Part shown: piece by piece, positions 1 to 8,639 of the stretch
Numbering within the stretch: position 1 is the first letter of the stretch
How the letters are laid out: each line of letters starts with the position of its first letter
NCBI GenBank assembly: GCA_050998555.1
Contig: JBPCQB010000110.1
Location: 1 to 51,090, forward strand
DNA: 51,090 bases
Reading direction: 5' to 3'
Origin: Thermoleophilaceae bacterium
GTDB lineage: Bacteria > Actinomycetota > Thermoleophilia > Solirubrobacterales > Thermoleophilaceae
Program-made: the position numbers and the translations under genes
Notes under the pieces: model-generated
The model's input: only the letters and a program-made list of their open reading frames with translations
The model's database searches: none
What the model was told of the DNA's origin: nothing

Positions 1-174
1 CAACTTTCTGGCCGACCACACCGTCGCGACACAGCGGCGCCCCCACGAGGCCGAGTCCGATCGCGGGGTCGAGCGCGTGCGCCGCGGCGCGGTGGGTGAG
101 GGCCGTGGCGCTACGGCGGGCGCCGGCGCGCTCCTGCGCCGTCTGCGGACAGCGGCGACCACACGCCGGCGCAC

Positions 175-960
175 GTGATCCCCCGGGTCTTCCACCGCAT
201 CTGGCTGGGCGAGGAGCCCATGCCGGAGGAGTTCGTGGCCTACGGCGAGACCTGGCGCCGGCACCACCCCGACTGGACGATGGAGCTGTGGACGGAGGAG
301 CGCCTGCCCGCCCTGCGCCATCCCGACGCCTTCGAGCGCGGCCGCAACCACTCGGAGCGCTCGAACGTCCTGCGCTACGAGCTCCTGTGGCAGCTCGGTG
401 GCGTCTACATCGATACCGACATGGAGTGCCTGCGCCCGATCGATCCGCTGCTCGACAGCGTGTGTGCGTTCGCCGGCAGCACGCGGCCGGGACGCATCGG
501 CTCGGCGATCGTCGGCTCGGTGCCGGGCCATCCCGCCTTCGAACGAGCCGTCGAGCTCGTGCCCCAGGGAGTCGCCGGAGGTGGGCGCCAGACCGAGGAG
601 ACGGGCCCCGGGTTCCTGACCGCGATCCTGGCGGACTTCCCCGACGTCACGGTGTTCCCCGCCGCGTACTTCTATCCCTATCGCCACGACGAGAAGCATC
701 TCCGCGGCCAGGAGTTCCCCGACGCCTACGCCGTCCACCACTGGACGAAGACGTGGGAGAGCTACGACGAGCTGCGGGCGCGCGTCGAGCGGCTGCAGCG
801 CAAGCTTGGACGGCGCGAGGCCCGGCTCGAGGAGGTCAAGCGGGCGCGCGACCGCGCCGTCTCGCGGCGGAAGGCGATCGAGGGGTCCCGGTGGTGGCGC
901 CTCGGCGGCGCTGCCGCGGCGGCGGCCCGGGCGGTACGGCGCCGCTCGGGCCGAGCGTGA
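175..960 (+). CDS. GT32-type glycosyltransferase (sugar-binding region with DXD motif) with C-terminal coiled-coil/basic tail, paralog 1 of 3
   Basis: GTG start. IPRVFHRIWLG N-terminus and RNHSERSNVLRYELLWQLGGVYIDTDMEC (DTD = DXD) are typical of the Och1/TcdA-like Gly_transf_sug region. R/E/L-rich heptad-like tail ends in SRWWRLGG. Clear paralogs at 9609..10421 and 11395..12216. Confidence 0.85.
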   Translation: MIPRVFHRIWLGEEPMPEEFVAYGETWRRHHPDWTMELWTEERLPALRHPDAFERGRNHSERSNVLRYELLWQLGGVYIDTDMECLRPIDPLLDSVCAFAGSTRPGRIGSAIVGSVPGHPAFERAVELVPQGVAGGGRQTEETGPGFLTAILADFPDVTVFPAAYFYPYRHDEKHLRGQEFPDAYAVHHWTKTWESYDELRARVERLQRKLGRREARLEEVKRARDRAVSRRKAIEGSRWWRLGGAAAAAARAVRRRSGRA

Positions 961-1015
961 CCAAGGACGTGAGGGCTTCCCTTTGTGGCCACCACTTACC
1001 GCTAATGTGACCATT

Positions 1016-1297
1016 ATGCGTGAAGTGGGTGTCCGCGAGCTCAAGTCCTCGCTCAGCGAGATCCTGCGACTTGCCTCCTCCGGAAAGCCCGTACGCGTGA
1101 CCGTGCACGGGCGACCGGTCGCCGACATCGTTCCCGCCGGCACCGTCGCGACCACCGATGACCGTCTGCGGAGTCTCGCCGCCGACGGGCGGCTTGTCTC
1201 GCCGGTCCGCCCGCGACCCCCGCGAGCCCCCCGGCTGGTTCGGGCATCCGGCACCGCTGCCGAGCTCGTGATCGGCGAGCGGGACGCCGAGCGCTGA
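1016..1297 (+). CDS. Phd/YefM-family type II antitoxin
   Basis: Internal ATG at 1016 of ORF 806..1297. MREVGVRELKSSLSEILRLASSGKPVRVTVHGRPVADIVP is a typical prevent-host-death antitoxin N-terminus. Its stop overlaps the start region of a PIN-domain reading frame. Confidence 0.8.
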   Translation: MREVGVRELKSSLSEILRLASSGKPVRVTVHGRPVADIVPAGTVATTDDRLRSLAADGRLVSPVRPRPPRAPRLVRASGTAAELVIGERDAER

Positions 1298-1612
1298 ACC
1301 TCTACCTCGACGCGAGCGCGCTCGTGAAGCGCTACGTGGCCGAATCGGGGAGCGAGCTCGTGCGGAGCGCCATGCGCGACGCCGAAGGTTGGTTCACCTG
1401 TCGCGTCGGGTACGTCGAGACGGTGCGGGCCGTCGGACGACGAGGCCGCCGAGCTGTCACTGGTCCACGACCTACGCAGCCTCGACGCCCTCCATCTCGC
1501 TGCCGCATCGCTTCTGCCGACCCACGACCTCGTCCTTGCCACCTGGGACAGCCGGCTACACGCCGCCACGATCGCCGTCGGGCTGCGAGTGCTCCCCGAC
1601 GTGCTGCCGTAG
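1294..1612 (+). pseudogene. vapC: Decayed VapC (PIN-domain) toxin: frameshifted and internally shortened
   Basis: Frame 1 reads LNLYLDASALVKRYVAESGSELVRSAMRDAEGWFTCRVGYVETVRAVG (PIN N-terminal D and E). From ~1436 the PIN continuation is only in frame 2: SDDEAAELSLVHDLRSLDALHLAAASLLPTHDLVLATWDSRLHAATIAVGLRVLPDVLP, stop at 1610-1612. About 30 residues expected between the two blocks are missing. No canonical start (CTG at 1294, GTG at 1324). Confidence 0.55.
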
Positions 1613-1630
1613 CGGTCCTCCTGGACGAGC

Positions 1631-3193
1631 TCATCGAGCAGACCGGGCGCCGACCGCCCGGCCCGCCACGCGACGACCGGTACGCATCGCTCGGCGGCCA
1701 CGACGGGTGTGCCGCCGCATCACCTTCCCAGCCGCGGAGCGCGTTTCCGGTGAGCTGAGCCACAACGCCGTCGCGGGGAGCCAGAGCGCCGCGCGCAGGG
1801 CGAGGGACCGAAGGACGACCCACGGACCGGGCGCCGGCGCCGGCTTCGTCGCCTCGATGGCGTCGGCCATCACCGCGCTGGCCGCGACCTCCTCCCCGTG
1901 CGGTCGCACGAAGGAGCGCAGGAAGCGCTCGCGCATGGCGGCCGTGTGCTCGGGGGCGTGAAGGGCGTCGCCGAGCTGGGCCACGTGCTCCTCGAGGCCC
2001 TCGGCGCTGATCAGGAAGCCGCCGTGGTCGGGCAGGAGGTAGCGGAAGTGCAGGGTGGCGGCCTGGGTCTCGGCGAAGTCCTCGGGCTGGACGGTGAGCA
2101 CGGGCCGGCCCACGATCGCAGCCTCGATCATCACGGTGGTGTTGATGGCCACGACGGCGGCACTGTGGTGCAGCGAGTCGAAGAGATCACTCCTCGTCTC
2201 CGAGGTGGTCGAGGAGCGCTGTCCGCTCGGCCACAGGGCCACGTTGTCGAAGGCCGGTGGCCCGAGCTCGCGCCAGCCCGCGGCGTTGACCGTGGGGTGG
2301 GGGCGAATCAGCACCCCCAGCCCGGCCACCCGGGGGTCCGGGCTCGCCCGTAGGGCGGCGATCCAGCGGCTCACGAACGCGTGCTCCTCGGCCGCCCGCA
2401 CGATGTTGTGCGCCGAGCCCGCCCAGAGCACGAGCTCTCGCTCCGGGTCGAGGCCGAGGCGCGCGCAGAACTCGTCCCGGGGCACGCTCGGGGCGCGACC
2501 GAACCAGCGATCGAAGGGGTGCGCGCCGGTGACTCGGATGCGCTCGGAAGGGACGAGGTGCAGCTCCCGCGCCTCCGCCGCCTGGGTCTCGTTCCAAACG
2601 AGCACGCGGTCGGGGTGGGCGCGGATCAGACCCTTGGTGGTCAGGTGGTCCCAGCTCGCCACCGCGAGCACCGACGGGATGCCGAGGGCGCGGGCGCTCT
2701 TGACGACATCGGTCTGGTCGGGGCGGGTCACGAGCGGCGTGAGCATCACGACGTCCGGCCTGTGCGCGGCGATGAGCTCCTCGACCTCGCCCGAGCTCGG
2801 GATCGCCCTCTCCAGCGCTAGCCCCACGCCCAGCAGCCCCCGGCTGGCCCGGGGACCGAGCCCCTCGACCGCGCGCAGCACCCGCAGCGGGCGCGGCAGG
2901 TGGTCGATGCGCTCGCGCAGGTACCCGGCCTCGAGGCGGCGGTCGAGGTAACGGGCGTAGTCGCGGGTCTCGCGGAGCAGGGTGGCGATCGGCGCCCAGC
3001 GGTCGTGGCGCTTGAGCCGCGCCCGCACCGTCGGCACCCGATCGGCCACGGGCGCGAGCTCGGAGGCGAGGCGCCCGTCAGCGCGATGGTGGTGCACAAG
3101 GGTCACGCGGTGGCCGCGCTCGGCGAGCTCGCGCACCGCGCTGTCGAAGAGCCGCATGAGGCTCGGCGACTGCATGTTGAACAGGATGTGCAA
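1631..3193 (-). CDS. Uncharacterised GT-B-like glycosyl/sugar-phosphate transferase, paralog 1 of 3 (SWDHLTTKG and RPHP motifs)
   Basis: C-terminal 520 aa of ORF 1631..4000. Probable TTG start at 3193 gives MHILFNMQSP..RELAERGHRVTLV, colinear with MRILFVLKG..VERGHRVHV of the 32242..34008 paralog. Shared blocks are PDVVMLTPLV, ASWDHLTTKGLI, WNETQ, VLIRPHPT and HSAAVVAINTTVMIEAAIVGRPV. The start lies 14 nt after the upstream stop. Confidence 0.7.
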   Translation of the reverse strand: MHILFNMQSPSLMRLFDSAVRELAERGHRVTLVHHHRADGRLASELAPVADRVPTVRARLKRHDRWAPIATLLRETRDYARYLDRRLEAGYLRERIDHLPRPLRVLRAVEGLGPRASRGLLGVGLALERAIPSSGEVEELIAAHRPDVVMLTPLVTRPDQTDVVKSARALGIPSVLAVASWDHLTTKGLIRAHPDRVLVWNETQAAEARELHLVPSERIRVTGAHPFDRWFGRAPSVPRDEFCARLGLDPERELVLWAGSAHNIVRAAEEHAFVSRWIAALRASPDPRVAGLGVLIRPHPTVNAAGWRELGPPAFDNVALWPSGQRSSTTSETRSDLFDSLHHSAAVVAINTTVMIEAAIVGRPVLTVQPEDFAETQAATLHFRYLLPDHGGFLISAEGLEEHVAQLGDALHAPEHTAAMRERFLRSFVRPHGEEVAASAVMADAIEATKPAPAPGPWVVLRSLALRAALWLPATALWLSSPETRSAAGKVMRRHTRRGRRAMRTGRRVAGRAVGARSAR

Positions 3194-3207
3194 GGGGCGC
3201 CGCGAGG

Positions 3208-4284
3208 CTACGACCGGGCTCGCAGCCCTCGCGCCCGGGCACGGACATCGCGGACGAGGCCGGCGAGCGCGCCGCCGGTGGGCTTCTCGGCGCGCCGCTC
3301 GGCCTTGCGCGCGCGCTTCTCGAGCTGGGCGGCGGCCTTCCTGGTGCTCTCCCACTCGTCGATCGCCAGCATCATGTCGTCGAGAAGGTCGGCCAGCTCG
3401 ACGTCCCGTCGCGCCCCGGCGCGCGGGTCGCCCGGCGCTCCCGGCGGTGCGTCGCCGCGGGCGCGCTCGAAGAAGCCGCGCAGGCGTTCGTCCACCACGA
3501 AGCGGCCGTCGCTCACGCCCCTCTCGACGGCGTCGTCGTCCACGAGGCGCTCGTCGACGTAGTACTGGGCGACGCTGCGCACGCCGTCTCGATGGGCGCG
3601 GTAGCGGGCGACCTGGGAGGATCCCTCGAACCCGGCCCGCTCGAGGGCCGCGCCGTGGTGCACCTTCTTGCGCGCGAAGCTCTCGAGCGCACGGGCCTGG
3701 TAGTGGAAGATCACTATCGGGTGCCACCCCGGCACCGCCTCGAGACCCTCTCCCTGCAGGCGGTTGTTGCTGCGCTCGACCACCACCTCGGCGTTCGCGC
3801 GGTGTGCCCGCTTCGGGTGACCCTGCAGGCCGCGGGGATGGCGCGGCGAGCGGAAGTTGCGGACGAGCATCCGGTCGGCGAAGAAGTCCGTGGTCTCGGG
3901 CCGGGCCACGAAGCCCGAGCGGGGGGCGGCCAGCGCCCCCACCTGCGGGGGGATCGCCGCGAAGACGTCCTTGAGCGTCAGCGACGGGGCCCGCGGCCAC
4001 CAGAACTCGTCGGCGTCGTTGTTGATCACCCAGTCGGCTCCGAAGTCGGTGGCGGCCATCCGCGCCATCTGGGTCACCCAGTCGGACTGCCTGAGGTCAC
4101 CCGTCTGCTCGATCACGTGCAGTCGTCCCTCGCTGCGGTAGCGCTCGAGGATCTCGGGCGTCGAGTCCCGGGACTCGTTGTCCATGGCCACGACGAAGTC
4201 GACGCCCTGCCCGAAGTGGAAGTCGAGGTTCGCCTCGAGGATGTCCTCCTCGTCGCGGACGAGGAGCGTCATGACGAGCTTCAC
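3208..4284 (-). CDS. GT2 (Glyco_tranf_2_4-like) glycosyltransferase with coiled-coil tail, paralog 1 of 6
   Basis: GTG start. MKLVMTLLVRDEEDILEANLDFHFGQGVDFVVAMDNESRDST, then DWVINNDADEFWWP (DxD-type motif). C-terminal R/E/A-rich predicted coiled coil. Confidence 0.85.
   Translation of the reverse strand: MKLVMTLLVRDEEDILEANLDFHFGQGVDFVVAMDNESRDSTPEILERYRSEGRLHVIEQTGDLRQSDWVTQMARMAATDFGADWVINNDADEFWWPRAPSLTLKDVFAAIPPQVGALAAPRSGFVARPETTDFFADRMLVRNFRSPRHPRGLQGHPKRAHRANAEVVVERSNNRLQGEGLEAVPGWHPIVIFHYQARALESFARKKVHHGAALERAGFEGSSQVARYRAHRDGVRSVAQYYVDERLVDDDAVERGVSDGRFVVDERLRGFFERARGDAPPGAPGDPRAGARRDVELADLLDDMMLAIDEWESTRKAAAQLEKRARKAERRAEKPTGGALAGLVRDVRARARGLRARS
3988..4068. repeat. Near-identical 81-nt segment shared between GT2 paralogs (copy A)
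   Basis: 79/81 nt identical to 5146..5226. Encodes MARMAATDFGADWVINNDADEFWWPR on the - strand. Confidence 0.8.
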
Positions 4285-4332
4285 GGGGAGAGGATCAAGA
4301 GACGGCGTGGCGGCGCGACGACGCTCGCGATT

Positions 4333-5442
4333 CTAGTCCCGGCGCAGCGGCGACCGGAGCCGGCGCGACGCCCGGTTGAGCCACGATCCCCGCAGGGCCT
4401 CGAGCCGTCGCTCGGCCCGGTCGCGCCCACGCGCGGCCTTCTCGACCGCGGCCTGCGCCTTCGCGGCCGAGCGGTCGAGCTCCGCGCGCTCCTTGAGCGA
4501 GAGGGCCAGGTCGTCCAGCATGTCGGCCCGCTCGAAGCCGGCCCCGCCCGTGGAGGGGCCTGCGGTCTGCCCGGGCCCGGGGTGGCCACGCCGAGCCGCC
4601 ACCGCGGCGGCGCCGGGCACCGACTCCGGCACGCGGTCGAAGAAGGAGCGCAGCCGCTCGTCGACCACGAGGCGCCCGTCGTCGAGCCCGGCGGCCACCT
4701 CCGCCTCGTCCACGACGAAGGTCTCCGCGAAGGCCCGGGCGAGCGAGCGCTCGCCGGCGAGGTGCTGGCGGTAGCGCTCTACCTGGGTCGAGCCTCCCTC
4801 GAGCGTGCGCTCGAGGGCGGCCCCGTGGTGGAGCTTCTTGGCCTCGAAGCGGGCCGCGTCGCGCGCGGGGTAGTGGAAGATGATCACCGGGTGCCAGCCG
4901 GGGACGGGCACGAGTCCTTCCCCCTCGATCCGGTGGTTGCTCCGGCCCACGGTGACCTGCGCGAGCCCGCGGTGGGCGAGCTTCGGGTGGGCCGGCACCG
5001 CTCCACGGGCGGGTCGTACGTCGCGGTAGGTCATCCGGTCGACGAAGAACTCCGACTCGTCGGGCGGAGTCAGGAAGCGCGCCCGTGGAGCCGCCAGCGC
5101 CCCGACCTCGGGAGGGATCGCCTCGAACACCGTCCTCAAGGTGCCGGCCCGCGGCCACCAGAACTCGTCGGCGTCGTTGTTGATCACCCAGTCGGCGCCG
5201 AAGTCGGTGGCGGCCATCCTCGCCATGCGCGTGACCCACTCGGCCTGGCGTAGGTCTCCGTGCTGCTCGATGAGGTGGAGGTGCCCCTGGCGCTCGTGCC
5301 GGCGCAGGATCTCGAGGGTGCCGTCGGTCGAGGCGTTGTCGGTGGCGATGACGAAGTCGACGCCCTGGCCCAGGTGAAAGGCGAGGTTCGCGTCGAGGAC
5401 GTCCTCCTCGTCGCGGACCAGCAGGGTCATCACGAGCCTCAT
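4333..5442 (-). CDS. GT2 (Glyco_tranf_2_4-like) glycosyltransferase with coiled-coil tail, paralog 2 of 6
   Basis: ATG start. MRLVMTLLVRDEEDVLDANLAFHLGQGVDFVIATDNASTDGT, ADWVINNDADEFWWP. The tail ERAELDRSAAKAQAAVEKAARGRDRAERRLEALRGSWLNR looks like a coiled coil. Confidence 0.85.
   Translation of the reverse strand: MRLVMTLLVRDEEDVLDANLAFHLGQGVDFVIATDNASTDGTLEILRRHERQGHLHLIEQHGDLRQAEWVTRMARMAATDFGADWVINNDADEFWWPRAGTLRTVFEAIPPEVGALAAPRARFLTPPDESEFFVDRMTYRDVRPARGAVPAHPKLAHRGLAQVTVGRSNHRIEGEGLVPVPGWHPVIIFHYPARDAARFEAKKLHHGAALERTLEGGSTQVERYRQHLAGERSLARAFAETFVVDEAEVAAGLDDGRLVVDERLRSFFDRVPESVPGAAAVAARRGHPGPGQTAGPSTGGAGFERADMLDDLALSLKERAELDRSAAKAQAAVEKAARGRDRAERRLEALRGSWLNRASRRLRSPLRRD
5146..5232. 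repeat. Near-identical segment shared between GT2 paralogs (copy B)
   Basis: 79/81 identical to 3988..4068. 5153..5232 matches 6311..6390 with about 5 mismatches, including an identical 30-nt run ...gtcggtggcggccatcctcgccatgcgcgt. Confidence 0.8.
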
Positions 5443-5463
5443 CGGAGGTCGGATCGCCGACGC

Positions 5464-6603
5464 CTAGCGGGAGCGAAGGCGCCGGGCGAGGGCGGCCACC
5501 GCGACGGCGGCACCGCGCGTGCGGCCGTCGGCGCCCCCGGCGGCCTTCAGGCGCCGCTCCGCCTCCTGGCGGCGATCGCGCTCCTCGTCGCGGGCGCGCT
5601 CGGCACTCTCGATCCGCCGGCGGAGCTTTCGCTCCTCGCGGAAGAGCTGGCCCCCGTACTGAGCGATCGAGCCGAGCATCCTCGCCTCACGTTCGACGTC
5701 CTCGAGCGGCCGAGCGCTCTCGAGCGGCGCCTCGGGCTCGTCCCCCGGGGCGAGGTCCCAGAGGTCGCGACGAGCCGGGCGGCCGTGCTCCTCGAAGAAG
5801 CGCTTGAGCCTCATGTCGATCACCATGCTGCCGGCTCGCACGCCGGCCTCCACCTCGGCGTCCGCGGGCGCGAGCTCCTCGTATCGGCGTCGCAGCTCTC
5901 CGCGCTCGAGCTCGGCGTAGTCGGCGCCGTAGTTCTTCTCCTTGAGACCGCCCTCCCGCTTGGCCAGCGTCGTCTGCCTGGTCCGGCGCTCGAACTGCAG
6001 GTAGGAGCGCACCGGGAAGTGCAGGATCTGGATCGGGTACCACCCGCCGAGCAAGCCCAGCTCGGGGTGCTCGACCGCGTGGTTCCCACTGCCTACCGAG
6101 ATGTCCGCCCGGGCTCGGTGCGCGGTCTTCGGCAGGGGTGTTGGGACCCCGGTCCGGCGGTGCTTCGGCGAGTGGGTCCGACGCGCCACCATCCGGTCGG
6201 CGAAGAACCCGGCGTCCCCCGACCGGGGGAAGAAGTTCTGCTTCGGGGCCCGGATGATCCCGTACTCCCGGGGTATCTCTTCGAGCACCTCCTTCAGCGA
6301 GCCGCGGTCGGGCCACCAGAACTCGTCCGCGTCGTTGTTGATAACCCAATCCGCCCCGAAGTCGGTGGCGGCCATCCTCGCCATGCGCGTACGCCATGGG
6401 CCGTAGTCGGCATCGTGGGTCGGCTGGTCGATGAGATGGAGCACGTCCGCGCGCTCGTACTCGGCGAGCAGCTCCCTGGTCCCGTCGGCGGAGCCGTTGT
6501 CGGTGGCGATCACGAAGTCGACGCCGGACTCGAGGTGGTAGCGGAGGTTGGCCTCCACGACGTCCGCCTCGTCGCGAGCCAGCAGCGTCATGACGAGCTT
6601 CAT
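5464..6603 (-). CDS. GT2 (Glyco_tranf_2_4-like) glycosyltransferase with coiled-coil tail, paralog 3 of 6
   Basis: Internal ATG at 6603 of ORF 5464..7116 (MKLVMTLLARDEADVVEANLRYHLESGVDFVIATDNGSADGT). The ATGA overlaps the stop of the upstream gene. ADWVINNDADEFWWP motif and a charged heptad-like tail. Confidence 0.85.
   Translation of the reverse strand: MKLVMTLLARDEADVVEANLRYHLESGVDFVIATDNGSADGTRELLAEYERADVLHLIDQPTHDADYGPWRTRMARMAATDFGADWVINNDADEFWWPDRGSLKEVLEEIPREYGIIRAPKQNFFPRSGDAGFFADRMVARRTHSPKHRRTGVPTPLPKTAHRARADISVGSGNHAVEHPELGLLGGWYPIQILHFPVRSYLQFERRTRQTTLAKREGGLKEKNYGADYAELERGELRRRYEELAPADAEVEAGVRAGSMVIDMRLKRFFEEHGRPARRDLWDLAPGDEPEAPLESARPLEDVEREARMLGSIAQYGGQLFREERKLRRRIESAERARDEERDRRQEAERRLKAAGGADGRTRGAAVAVAALARRLRSR
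6311..6390. repeat. Near-identical segment shared between GT2 paralogs (copy C)
   Basis: See copy B. More diverged versions of the same block occur near 8349-8420, 18330-18385 and 23829-23900. Confidence 0.7.
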
Positions 6604-8639
6604 CGGGTCAACGTCCCGGGCGCGGCTCCACGAGTCGCGGCGCCGTTCTCGGACCCGCCGGCCGAGCCCTCGAAGACGACCCGATCGGGATCGAGCGTGG
6701 CGAGCCGGGCGAGGAGCCGGCGGGTGAGCGGCCGCGATGAGACCTCGGCCTGCGACGCCTCGTCCATCTCGGCCCGGAAGCCGCCGACCTCCGCCTTCCT
6801 GACCTTCAGCGCGTCGGGGTTGCCGTCCCAGTCGCCGTGGCCGAGTGGGGAGGGCTTGTGCGCTCCCCGTGGGTCGGCCTTCACCCCCGTCTCCGCGAGC
6901 TCTCGCCGGCGCATGGCGCCCACGTCGCTGGCCTCCATCGCGCGCCGGAAGGCCACGTCGTCGATCGGCTCGCCCAGCACGAACTCGAGGAAGCGCCGGA
7001 GCTCGGCCTCGGTCGAGCGCTTGAGCCCCTCGTAGGTGATGACCAGCGCCGAAGGGTGCGTCGAGGCGAGGTCGAGCAGGTCGTTCACGAACGCGGCCTG
7101 GCGCTCGATCCCCCACACCGGCGAGTCGATGAACTCGGGCAGCTCGCAGTCCACGAGGCGCTCGCGATCACGCGTCTGGTGGTACCAGGACACGGCAACG
7201 TCGCGGGGATCGCGCACGAGCACCACCACGCGCCGGCGACGGGCGACGGCCAGATGGCGCCGGAACGGCCGGCCCGGGTACTGCATGTGGCGCGCGTGCG
7301 AGAAGGCGAGCGAGGCGAGGCTGCGGTGCAGGCGCAGCTTGAAGGGCACCCCGCGCGTATCGGCCAGGTACTGGGAGAGGAAGTAGCGCAGCCAGGTGCG
7401 GCCGGACTTGGGGAACGAGAGCACCACTGTGTCGGCCTCGGCCATGCGCCGCCGCCGGCGCCAGTGCTCGACCGCCGGCACCCTGGGCTCGAGCCGGACG
7501 AGCAGCCGCCGTACCGCGTCGCGGCGACCGGCGCCGAGCGCTCGGCGCAGGCGCTTGCGGACCCGTCGGGCCCTCCGCCCGGCGATGGCGAGCACGGCCG
7601 TCAGCCCCGACGCAAACCGAGGCGCGAGGGCTCCCGAGGCCTCTCGCTCGGCGTTCTTCTCGGGCCGGCCGCGAGGCTCCCGCGGCTCCCGGGAGAGTCC
7701 CTGCTCGAGGCGCCTGCGCTGCCACTCTCCCGCGGAGATCGAGCCGGCCAGGGTCGCGCGGCGGGCCACCTCCTCCGCCTCTCGCTCCTGCGCCTCGGGC
7801 GCCTCGACCCCGCCGATCTCCCGCAGCCGCGGACTCGCGCCGAAGAAGCGCTGCAGCCGCCGGTCGATCACCAGCCGGCCCTCCTCGATTCCGCGTCCGA
7901 GCGCCGCCTCGTCGAGCAGCCCGTCCGCGTACTCCTCGGCGAGGCGGCCCTCCTCGAGGGCGCGGAACTCGGGCGTGGCGGCGGCGCGCCCGGAGGCCAT
8001 CCGACCCTCGTAGAGGTTGCGCAGCTTGCTCTCCCACTGCGCGAGCGAGCGCGCGGGGAAGTGCATGATCGAGATGGGGTACCAGCCGACGAGCGCCTCG
8101 AGCCCCGCGCCGGAGGCCGAGTGCGCGCCCTTGCCGATCACCACGTCGGCCCTCCCCCGGTGGGCCACCTTGGGGGGCAGCGCCTTGCTCCTCGTCTTCG
8201 CCTTCGACTGCAGGTCGCGGACCACCATACGGTCGACGAAGGAGGCACCCTCGCTCCCGTCGGAGAGGAAGTTCGAGCGCGGGACGCTGAGGATGCCGTA
8301 GGAAGCGGGGATCTCCTCCAGCACGTCCTTCAGCGTCCCGTGATCGGGCCACCAGAACTCGTCGGCGTCGCCGTTCAGGACCCAGTCGGCGCCGAATTCG
8401 GTGGCCGCGAGGCGCGCCATCCGGGTGACCCAGTCGGCCTGCGCGTAGTCGCGCCCCGGCTCGTGGATCAGGTGGAGGTGGCCCTCGCGGCGGTAGCGCT
8501 CGAGGACGTCGAGGGTCCCGTCCACCGAGCCGTTGTCGGTCGCGACCACGAGGTCGACGCCGCGCTCGAGGTGGTAGGCGATGTTCGCCTCGACGACGTC
8601 CTCCTCGTCCCGGGTGAGCAGGGTGAGCACGAGCTTCAT
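6600..8639 (-). CDS. Fusion protein: GT2 (Glyco_tranf_2_4-like, paralog 4 of 6), coiled-coil linker, PAPS-type sulfotransferase
   Basis: ATG at 8639 (MKLVLTLLTRDEEDVVEANIAYHLERGVDLVVATDNGSVDGT, ADWVLNGDADEFWWP). The same frame continues with no stop through a charged linker into VVLSFPKSGRTWLRYFL (5'-PSB loop) and LVRDPRDVAVSWYHQ (3'-PB motif). Stop at 6600. The sulfotransferase half is a paralog of 8636..9595. Confidence 0.8.
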   Translation of the reverse strand: MKLVLTLLTRDEEDVVEANIAYHLERGVDLVVATDNGSVDGTLDVLERYRREGHLHLIHEPGRDYAQADWVTRMARLAATEFGADWVLNGDADEFWWPDHGTLKDVLEEIPASYGILSVPRSNFLSDGSEGASFVDRMVVRDLQSKAKTRSKALPPKVAHRGRADVVIGKGAHSASGAGLEALVGWYPISIMHFPARSLAQWESKLRNLYEGRMASGRAAATPEFRALEEGRLAEEYADGLLDEAALGRGIEEGRLVIDRRLQRFFGASPRLREIGGVEAPEAQEREAEEVARRATLAGSISAGEWQRRRLEQGLSREPREPRGRPEKNAEREASGALAPRFASGLTAVLAIAGRRARRVRKRLRRALGAGRRDAVRRLLVRLEPRVPAVEHWRRRRRMAEADTVVLSFPKSGRTWLRYFLSQYLADTRGVPFKLRLHRSLASLAFSHARHMQYPGRPFRRHLAVARRRRVVVLVRDPRDVAVSWYHQTRDRERLVDCELPEFIDSPVWGIERQAAFVNDLLDLASTHPSALVITYEGLKRSTEAELRRFLEFVLGEPIDDVAFRRAMEASDVGAMRRRELAETGVKADPRGAHKPSPLGHGDWDGNPDALKVRKAEVGGFRAEMDEASQAEVSSRPLTRRLLARLATLDPDRVVFEGSAGGSENGAATRGAAPGTLTR

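Noticed and set aside
1-170. Possible 5' end of a divergent minus-strand gene running off the left edge
   Set aside because: High GC3 is present in more than one frame. Only ~15-50 codons are available and there is no recognisable motif or clear start, so it cannot be supported.
96-1010. 304-aa ORF covering the first GT32 gene in a different frame
   Set aside because: It has no motif and an Arg/Ala/Pro-rich composition. The 175..960 frame has a clear DXD glycosyltransferase signature.
3194-4000. N-terminal extensions of long ORFs (1631..4000, 5464..7116, 6600..9410, 10418..12118, 22973..24649, 24063..26234, 32242..35847, 35741..37390, 36236..37039, 46628..48127)
   Set aside because: The extensions overlap the well-supported upstream gene in another frame and translate to Arg/Pro-rich nonsense. 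Paralog alignment and ATGA/TGATG coupling point to the internal starts used in the feature list.
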